From positions 5,004,831 to 5,068,830 of the forward strand of contig CM082578.2 in assembly GCA_040954595.2 (NCBI GenBank): a DNA stretch of 64,000 bases. Reading direction: 5' to 3'. A program made the translations under genes and the position numbers. A model generated the notes under the pieces. It did not search any database and was not told the DNA's origin. It saw only the letters and a program-made list of their open reading frames with translations. Source of the stretch: Balanoglossus misakiensis. Taxonomy: Eukaryota; Animalia; Hemichordata. Of the stretch, positions 49,539-60,600 are shown one piece after another. The stretch's first letter is position 1. Each line of letters starts with the position of its first letter.

Positions 49539-52500
49539 ATGACCATAAGTACTCTGGGTGTTCGGTTTCTGTGTATGCTGGCGATATTTTCAATGACGGA
49601 TGCCGGTAAGTGTTTTCATTGTTCATTTTGCTTGTGAAGCCGGGGGGGGGGGGGCGGGGGGAGGGAAACCAGTGGTGCAAAAGACAATCACCACAATAGC
49701 CAATACAACTCAGCCGAAGATGGTTGGCCGGGCGTTTGTCCACTGATTATCCCAGTAGAAGTCAGTCCTTTCCACAGTGGTCCTTTCTGAACCGGTCGGC
49801 AAATTATCTTAAATCAGACATGCTCAGAACCATTCAGGTTGATTTCAGTGGCACCCTATTAGTAGTAGCCAGGCGATACATCTGTTGAATCGTGGAAACA
49901 GGAAAACACTCCTATATACCTACAGTCTATTTAGTATGAGTACTTAAACTTTATACAAATGTAGGAATGTGCCACATGGCGTCAAGATTATTTTCAAAAT
50001 AAAACATTGCCACCTTCACATAGGGGCTTCAGATTCATGAATTGCTTTAAACGGAATATTTCCTCGAGTTAGTTTTCTATTGTTCGGGAAATGCCATGAG
50101 AATCCCACATGTTTTGGGATGACACTTTTTTGGACAGTTTCAAATCGCCATTGTACTGCTGTTAGCTCTTTCAGTGACAAATGCGCTTTAGATTTTATGC
50201 AACCCTTGGCAAAAAAATCCAATTATTTGCATTATTTTAAGTTCCATGGAAATATAGATAAACAGTCGATTTGATATATTTAAATTGGGTAAAAGAATCT
50301 TGGTTATGGAGTAGCGGCGCGGCGCAAATTACAGAAATACTGAGATGTTGTCAATTGATGAAGTTGTTTGACATTGTTAGACATTTTACAATGTACTAAG
50401 TTTTTTCTGGCAAAATAATCTAAAGGGAAGTGTGAGAATAGACAGAGTGTGTTGACGATAATATAGCTGATCTTTTGGCAGAGTGGAAATACTCGTCTGT
50501 CAGCAAGATACGGAACGACAAAATTAACTTTGAGGTTTATATCGACAGTTGTTTATTATCGGTCTAGAGTTTATTTCGCAGCTAAAGATTTAATTACAAA
50601 TGTAAGCATGGTTCTTATTAGTAACCGTAGCAATTCACGCTACTCACCTCCCCTACCCATTCACAGTACGATCAACCGTTTTTGTAGAGATATACACTGC
50701 TCGGGCTTCGTGAAGGATCGGCATTTGGGATCGTAATCATTAATTTCCGCCAGAGTTTGTCACGGACAAACACATCACATAGAGAACGTGACTAACGTTT
50801 ATAGTTTTTTATCAATGACCAGTGCTCAATACTGATAGGTATACATGGACATCTTATCGACGCCAGATTGTTGCTGTATGTTGCAATTTTAACAAGTGAT
50901 ATATTAAACGGGTGCACACCATTTTAATAGGCTTCAATACAAAGAGTATAGAGCTATCGTGGTATACGTCGCCAAGAGTTGACAAACTGTGATGCAAATA
51001 CAAGTAAAATGGCTTAATGGTGATGATTGAAAAGAATAGGGAGAAGATTTGAATTATTTTAATGTGGAAAAATATGTGAAATTTGGCAGCTCTTCGGGAT
51101 TTAAATTAAGCTTGATTTTGTTGTTGGCCATCGGCCGCGCTGAGAGAGCAGACATGTATTTTCGCTTCAATCGAGATCATTAGGCCTTCGTACTTCGATC
51201 GACAACCGAATGATTCATGTCTACAAAGTCCTTTTAGTGGCTTGTGAAACGTACTTATAAAAAGTCTGAGTTGAAGCGTTCATTAAAACGCGCAGAGTAA
51301 GTAATTTCCCGACTTGATTTTACTGTTCAATGAATTGAGTGGCACTTTGCAGGAAAGGCTGTTTCGGGCAACTGTAACTCGGTACAGTCATACAATTTCT
51401 AGAAACGAGCATAATATGACGTATTCAGTTACATGTATGCTTGTCCACTCTCAAAAGCTGTGTTGATCTCTCAGTGGACGGCTCACTAACGATATTGTGT
51501 GAAAATAATCAAAATGGATTTTTAATTAATGTTTGTATATAACCATTGTACAATGTAGTTTCTGTCATAAATTTATGAGTTTCATACCACCAAATTAAGG
51601 GACCGTTCAGTTTTTACGGCCGGGGGGCCCGGCAAAATCCAGGGGGGGGTCACTTAAATTTTGAAGTCCAAAAGGGGGGGGGTCATCTGTTTTTTTTAAA
51701 CGTTTAGGGAGGGGTCCCATACTTTTGCCACCGAACTTTTGCTTTTGAGTCCACAAAATTGCAGTTTCGCGCCCTTTATTTTACACCCCCTCCCACACCC
51801 ACCCCCTCCATTCTTCGCCACATTTCATTTATTGGCTGGTCTGTCTTGTTTACCAGGGCAAACTTCTTGCCACCCCAACCCAATGCCTACTTTGAGTGGA
51901 GTGGCAAAATTAAAATTTGTCCTCCCTAACATTGAGTTAATTTGCTCTAGAGTTCATTAAAATGCAACTTTGAGCACCGAATTTTACAAAATTTTCTTAG
52001 GTGGCAGGGGGACACCCCCTCCCACGCCCACCCCCGCCACTTTTCTTGTTTTACCAATTCTAGCAACTATTGTATTGACTTGTCATTTTATTTTGTTCAT
52101 AGATTTCTTTTTTGCAACGATATACTGTTATATACTTCAATTACTTTAAGAAATTTATAATTGAGGTGTGAGGAGCCTCATTCCATTGCATACAATGTAC
52201 ATAGGATCAGGACGGCGAATGTTTTCGGCGTGGGGGGGGTCATCATTTTTTTGGGTCTGTCAAAGGGGGGTCATCATTTTTTGGTCCTGGGTGAAGGGGG
52301 GTCGGCCTGATTTTGAAAACCCATGACACAAACTTGCCGACCCCCCCCCCCCCTGCCGTAAAAACTGAACGGTCCCTAACTGCACGAGGATTCAACCTGC
52401 GGCATTTCCTGAGGTGTGAAACGCCTGGAATAGAAGAAATTTTGCATTATTATTCCCATACCAGCTTCACGTAACCATTAATTATGGTTGTGTGCTTGTG

Positions 52501-55500
52501 TACATGATTAACAACCATTAACAAGGAAAATCCATTACTCGAGAAACGATGGCGCCTGTATAGTACGGATGACTTCCAGAAAACAAAACTTCGTGTTTTA
52601 AATTATTCTCGGTATATCATTATCCGAACCAACTCTTACTTTCGGCTCCTAAGAAGAAATGTGGTAAGATGAAGGTGGAACACTAAAAATAAAGCAAAAT
52701 CATGCCAACCCCTTTTATCGTCAAACCCAAGAATGCGATTTATAATCGTAACTTGTATTTTTAACCGACCATAAGCAAACGCATATACTTTCACTGTTCT
52801 TTTCAATTCAATCGTCTTCCAGATGCAGTCACGGCTGACATATGGGTAAGAGACACCGGCGGTCCCTACCAATTCGGTGACGTGTTGGACGTCGATTTTA
52901 TTATCTCCACTAGTATGCAAATAGGAGATAGTGCGAACATCTGGATACTGGCCAATCAAGGCCTACAGGTTTGTTTACACGTTCGTCTTATTATGAAAAT
53001 GCCAATCGTGAAGGTTTCTCAGGTGGTCAGTACTCGGCGTCTATGATATTTCTATACATTTCTTCCCACATGTGCCAAGAAAGGTTTCACCTGGGTATGA
53101 ATTCGGTTTTTTTTTTACACAAAATGACCATATGAGAATGAACAATGTTTCGGGATTTTAGTTTGTCGACATAATATTGAAACTTACACTAACTCTATAC
53201 GGGCAAGAAATTCTAATACGCTTCATTACTTCATAATGTTTGAGGCGGCATGTTTGAAAATGCCAAATGCCTTTCGTGAAACGTCGACAACTCATTTCGA
53301 CCGCTAACAGAAGCAACACAGTCGCTGGCGTTGTGGGAATGTGTTATGAGGCTTTGAATGATGCGAGGAGAGCATCCTTAATGTTAGTTACAATTGAGAA
53401 CCAAATTTAGTTCATATAAGAGGTGGGTGGTCAAATGGAGAAAATGCAATGACATTTTTGAAAAAAATATGTATGAATTTTGGATACTGTCTTATTAATG
53501 ATGATAAGCTGCATTTAGGACCCTCAGCATTTAGGTCATTTACACAGTTGGAAAAATGGTAGTTACTGACTGGATTGATTGGTAACAACCATTGTTCGCA
53601 TGTGTAAAGTTATATTTCATTTTAAATTGTGTTACAGTTGAATCCAATATCACCGATGCAGTATTTCTATTGGGATGGATTTGACTCGTGGCTAGAAATC
53701 TCAACGGTAAGAGAGTTTACTGTTCCGTCTCTTGCTATCAGGAATTTACTCGCTCGCTCACTCACTCACTCATTCACTCACTCACTCACTCACTCACTCA
53801 CCCACCCACCCACCTACCCACCCACTTACTCGCTCGCTCACCCATTGTTTCGTCGAATCGATTAATAATCATTCGATTGTATAGAACCGTTGATAATTTA
53901 GATGCAAGTACCAATTGCAGCAACGGCCATACTATATTCGACCAATGACTATGCGAGTGAATGGTGTTAACCGAATATGAATGTTTCTTGTTCGATAAGG
54001 AAGGACATATACATGTAACTGTATGATTAATAAGTAAAACTATTTTAACTGTGGATGGAGTATCTCCGTCTTTCATATGGTTTAACTTTGCAACAGTGAC
54101 GCGTGTAAAATGCACCACATCTTCTCATTTTGGCGTCGTCAACAATTTGGTTATTTTCACCACACAGCCGTCAACTCTGTCCAGCCAGGCTGTGAACGAT
54201 ACTGTGTCTAAGATCACGTACACATCAGCTGACCATTCCAACTGGCAAATAACGGGAGCAATCTCGGCAAATATCTCTGGTAAGGTTACCCGTGTTACCG
54301 TTAGGCCTAAATGTATGTGTTTATGACTATGATGTCATATCATGACATATTACAGTGAAATACCCGGATGCGAGGAATTTGCAATGGTAGTGGCAGTGTA
54401 GGAAGTATTATGTGTGTTTTTTTGTCTTGTGTGAGTACCCATAGTCGTGTGAGAACCAGACAAGAACTGGATGTACATGCATGTACATGTAGTACCTTTG
54501 GTCATCTTTACACAGAAGTGGTGGGTACCCCACTACCCCCTCATCTGAAAAATCGTTTTTCAACAGTTGACTTGTTAAAATAAAACGATGTTTTAGTCCC
54601 TGTGTGTACACGGTTTATTTGTAATATTAAAATGAGCATACATGTACTGCTGTATGAAGTCAGCTGAAGATCGTGCAAAAGTGAAATCTCATTTGAAAGG
54701 CCAGATCTCACCGAATCAATATATTTAGTGTATGCTGCTTTTGTTTACTAGTTTTTCTCCTTTTTATTAACAATTTTGCATTTCATCTGGCACAATAGCT
54801 GATGTACACTCTGGGCAAAAGCTGTTTCTATGGATACGCTGTGAGGTTGGATCAACTCCATCATACTGTGAAAACCAAACTGACTCATTCGATATCGAAT
54901 CACCGCATTTTGATTTCTACTGGGACCAAGTATCCGCGGACGGAAGAAAATATGCTGCTGTTGGTGACGTCATCAACGCTACCTTAGTGATGTCGTTTCC
55001 CGCAGTGACGGTGGATTCGCTGTCTGTTATGTTTCAAATGCCTTCGACCTCTGACCCCGAAACTCCCCAGATGACTGTCATCGACGCCGCTGTGACACAA
55101 GTGGGAGGACATGTTCCCTGTGGTTATAACTGCTTCAACGACGGCTGGATCTACGATTTCAGTTCAGTCATTACTGAGAAGGATATCGTTTCAACTTCGG
55201 TCGACACTTCTTTTCAAATTGCTGGTGGAAACGTTGGCAACGACGAAAACAGGGCGGTGTTCAGTCTGCGGCTGCGGATGGAGGATGGCCGCAACGCTAC
55301 AAACGGCTCGCAAATCTGGGTGCTTGGTGGCGTCCTCTTGGAAGAATCTCGTGTTTGGGTCGGGCAGATACCAGTCACTCTACTCGTTGATGGCGATCGT
55401 CAACCCAAATTAGATTACTCTATTGCCATGCCAACGTTGTCACCACTTGAAGAAAGGTAAGTGTAACACATGCAAGTTGGATGCAAATCGAGAGAAATGC

Positions 55501-57362
55501 TGTCAGTGGTATATTTCACCAATAAGAGGCATTTACCTTTCTGATTGTTTTGGTAAGCGCCAAAATTTGTTTTTCTAAGCATATCCTTCCATTGTTAGTA
55601 AAGCTTGTTAAGCGAAACACTGCAGTTGCCTTAAATATACATGTATATCTGACACTTGAAATGTCTGTCAAAATCACGCATAAAACCTGCTAGATGTTGA
55701 AGTGATTTTCATTTATTTCGCCAGTGGTACGGTGGAACTCTGCGCCCAAGTTTGGCACTACACGGAGGAATCCTATGCCTGGAACACAAAACTGACCGTT
55801 ATATCATCTCCAATGGTCCAGTTTTCTCGCCTTAACAGCTACAACCAAGTAACCATGGCAACGTCTCCAGAGATCACACGTAAAACGATGACATTGACAG
55901 AAATTACGGTACGTTTGAAAATATTTTCGATCCGTTGTCAAGGTGAGACGAATATAACTCATGTCGGCCTAGGTACATTGTAAACTACAACACTTTCGAC
56001 GTAAATGATATATTTATTTGATCTATTTCAAAGCTGGGCACCGTCACCTTCTCAACACTTGTAGACCTATGCTTTGAATTGGTGATCGGACAGGACAATA
56101 CAGAGAGTACGCATCAGTTTGTTGGAGCGGCGGAGGTTGTATATACCACCCATAATGCAACAGTGAAAGCTTTACCTTTGAAAATTATACGCTTTGATTT
56201 TACAGCGACAGGCAAGTGGCATATTTATGTCTATAATATTCTCCACGTTAGTTTTATGTTTGTATACACGTTAGAAAGTTTTCAACTGTCTTTGGTTGAT
56301 TATTGCTTTGTGTGTGTATTGTACACTGTCTGTGGGTGGATGAAAAATTCCACATAACCTATACATAGTCAGTATCGACTAGAAATTCCCCGAAAACGTT
56401 GTACCTGTGTACAGTTGACTAGAAACAGGTTCTCGGGCGTTCGGGACTGCATGATCCCGTATGTTCAGGATACACGTATTCACTTCGAATTTGCATTAGC
56501 GCTTTAAGCATTCGACCTGTGCAAAACCATCTGGAGGTAGGGAATGTCCGTAAATGTCAAACAATTCTGGCTGAGTTTTCAAGGTTTTACTTGTCGTAAA
56601 GTTTATGAGAGGGGTGTTTAACATTATGTTGAAATATTAGCGTGTTTTGTCGACAAGCATGCTTGAAAGTAATTTTGGCGCTATGGTATGTTGAGAGTGT
56701 CTGATTGTGACTGTGTTTAATAAACAGCTTTTATTCTTATGCCTTCCCAATGCAAGGCTCTACAAGTGAACCTGCAGGTATTTTGCTTAAATTTTTCATA
56801 AAACCTAGAAGTACAAATACAAACTGGTAAACTCAAAGAATTGAAATTAGCATTCCAACCAATATCTTAAAGGCCCATAATTCTTGACGTGGGCATATCT
56901 ATAAAAATAAACAAGAGTCATAATTATGATCGTTCGATTAATGATTCAACACAAGTAAGACCTAATTTTGCACTCTTTTTTATTATTTTTCGAAACTTTT
57001 TTTTCCATTTTATAACCATTAATGTCATGCGATGAAGAGTTATCACCTGGCAGTTTGCTTATCTTTGAAGAAGAAGGATTATCGTATCTCTGCACACCAA
57101 CAACTTCTATTAGGTATGTCGAATTAGGTAGTCTTAATCTTGTTGGTCTCTGTGAAGCTCTCCCCCTGCCCTTCTGTCTATCTGTCTATCTGTCTGTCTG
57201 TGCCTCCCCTCCCTCTCCTGCATGATATTCGCTGTAGAGCTAATAACCACAGGGTACTAATCTCTGAGATCCAATTAATCGATTCTCTCTTTTTCCAGAT
57301 CTGGTAAATGTGTCATTGGTAATATGGATGGAAGATGGAGCAGTAAGTGTTGTTGTTGTTGC

Positions 57363-57415
<53 letters not shown>

Positions 57416-57452
57416 CTGCTGCTTCTGCTGCTGCTGCTGTTGCTGATGGTGG

Positions 57453-57548
<96 letters not shown>

Positions 57549-57579
57549 CGACGACGACGACGATGACGATGACGATGAC

Positions 57580-57631
<52 letters not shown>

Positions 57632-60600
57632 TCATTCTTGTTAGAAGTAAAGCTGGAACGAGTGTTTCGTTTATTATCACAAATGTAAAACAAATACAAC
57701 ATAAAATGTGTACACCTCACATTTTCTTCGCAATTGTCGATTTTTCCAATTTGAAAGGTTTAGATCCCGCGGTGCATAGATTGTTGGCATGGAATGAAAC
57801 GAGCGGCGATTTATACGGCGCAATGTATACAGCGAGCAGTGACATTTCGGCGTACCTGCACAGCGAAGACAACGGCAACTCATGGTACACCATACCAGAG
57901 CAGCAGTGGGTGACTGTCACTAATCTCCATGGTTACAGATCAATCGATACCTGGATATCTGACGGTGAGCTTCATAGGGATTCTTTCAAAACACGTGACC
58001 AGGGTCTCCTTTTGGCAACAGTGACACTGATCCGCGAAAAACGTGCTCTAACAAAATGGCTTGGTTAGCTTCATGTATACTAAGGCTCGGAGAGATCTTT
58101 TGAACAGGCGTTCCGGGTTTGATTTCTGTGGCGGGCTTGCCGGCGTTTCTTAGTGAGACCATAGACAGAACTCTACTTCAACCAAACTCCAACAAGGTTC
58201 AACAAAAACTGTAGATAGGATGTGCCAGGTTTGCTTGTAAATCGGGCAGTCAGAAACAAAGGTTTGAGGTTACACAAATAGAGGTCAGACTGGAACAAAG
58301 GCAAGAGACGTGGAGTGGTATAACCATGATAAATATCGGTAAAATCTGTGGAGTTCCCCAGAGCTGGCAGTATTCATGTTCGTACACGTCCTTACGATTT
58401 ATATTAAATACATTAAACGCCAATTAAATTTGGTGAAGTTATATTAAATTTATATTTAATTAAGGTCATAACACCAACAAATACGTTTATTTACAACTTA
58501 TCCTACTTTTATAAGTAAAGCTGAGATAATTGGCCGGAATTATGATGTTGGATGCATGCAGCGCCATCTATATTGTTATCCGTATGTTCTTTTGAAGTAG
58601 AGTACGTCACAGGCAAACACGTGCGCCTACCGAAGACAAGCAAATACTACCCCAGAGAACCGTTTCCAGAAGAACTGAACACTGATTACGACTGCTCGGC
58701 GGACTTATCGTCGATCGACGATTGGTGGCGGATTGATTTGGGTGATAATTATGACGTCTACAAGTTGAAAGTGCAGGGTGACTGTTCTCGTAAGTCTCTG
58801 TTATTTAAAATAGTACCTCAGTTTTACAGTAACTACGTATATGCTAGGTATGATGTCAATTCTTTTTTGGTGACATCTTGAGTAATTGGAGTGTTAGTAC
58901 ACGGGTTTTGACAGTAATCAGTTTTCGGGGTTCGGGACATACCTACATGTACAATGTATACCTCAATGCAGTTTTCTAATTCCTTTTAATATTATACACA
59001 TAGTCGCCACGGCGCTCCCTGACACAGAACTGTGGCGACATTAAATCAAGAAAGGTGCTTTTGCAGTAGGCAAGGGAACGCGTTAGCCTTGTAATTTGTT
59101 TTAATTAGCGGAATTAGAGCTGTTTGAATCATACATACCTTTTGTTGGTGACGAATATTTTTCATTGACAATTACAACTTTCGTATGAAGAGTGTTTCTT
59201 TCAGTCTGCGCAAGAAATGAAAATACTTTGCCATGTCTCATGTCCGGTTGTTGTTGTTTTTTAAGCAACGTGGGAACGGTTCTGTCAGATTCTGCACTGA
59301 ATATACACAGTCATGTACAAATAGTTCTCTGCACTACGCAGGTGATTGGCTACTGCATTCCTCAGCATCGGTGTTCTACGGCAAGCAGTGTGGGGATTTA
59401 CTGGATATGGATGAACTCAACCACGATGAAATCACCAGGGAGTGCAGGGTTGGTGACGTGGCGGGAATAGCGGGACGACATATTGTTGTTCAGCTGACAG
59501 GCACGACAATATGTATGAACTTCTGTGAAATCGACGCATACGCAGGTAAAATGGGTCTCAACAGGCATTACTCATTCTGACCTCGTATGTAGACACACCT
59601 TATATAAGTCAACGTCAAGGGCGTGCATAGTGCTAGCTGGATCAATAGATTAAGTGACAAATCGTTGTAGGCATGTGCCAGTAAATTCTTCTCACGTGAA
59701 AGAAATGCAACATGGCTGCCATTTGGCCATATTCAACCAAATCACGAAACAAAACGACGTGGATATAGAAACCATGGTATATTTTATTGTGCCAGGTTTG
59801 ATCGAATAGTGACTCCATGTATGCATGAAAAATCGCAAAAAGTGGCCCAGGCGACCGTATTTGAATCGCGGTACAAGTTAAGAAACAAGTTTTCCAGGAT
59901 TGTCATTGTACCATGTTCGAAACTCACTCAGATCTTGCATGTCGGAGAAATCGCTCCAGACATGGAAACCGTAACAAAATGGCGCGTGGTAGCCATACTG
60001 CGCAGTACAGTGACAGAAATTGACGTATATTTTTGCCAAAACACATTCGCCTTGGACCAAGTTTGAATAACCGAGGAATGACTGCGCAGTGGAGCAGGTA
60101 TATATAAGTCCCCTCGAACGTCTCGGGGTGTGTAACTTGAAAAGTCCTAACTCAACTATATCATCTTCTTTCAAATATGTACATCCGTACAATTCACGTT
60201 CAGTTCCGGGAACTTATTATATTCGTCACTCCATAACATCCAATTGTGGTTTAACAGAAATTGGTGAAGAACTGGTCAACGTGGCACTGGGAAAAATGAC
60301 CAGTCTGAGCAGCGTTGCCTGGAATGGTCAAGGAAGTCGCGTTGTCGATGGCAACAAAGACAGAACCTTTGCCGGTATGAGTTGCCTCCACACGCGCAAA
60401 GAATTCGAACCGCACATTCTGATCGATCTGGGAGATGAGTACACCATTTTGGAAGTGAACATTACAACCCGTTCACAGAAAACATGTAAATAACTTTTCT
60501 CTTTTGTACTTGTCAGACTTTCGTTTTACATCCATAGATACAACACTCTGCTTCAGAACAATCTCATCTAACCGCTTGAAACTACATCTCTTCACCGTTG

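Noticed and set aside
57240-57757. Poly-Asp/poly-Ser ORFs (similarly 4088-4378 and 14600-14914)
   Set aside because: Trinucleotide microsatellites; the 57.3-kb tract lies between donor 57343 and acceptor 57757.
58058-58145. tRNA/SINE-like head (TAGCTTCA...GGTTTGATTTC)
   Set aside because: A and B boxes are degenerate and no cloverleaf can be formed.
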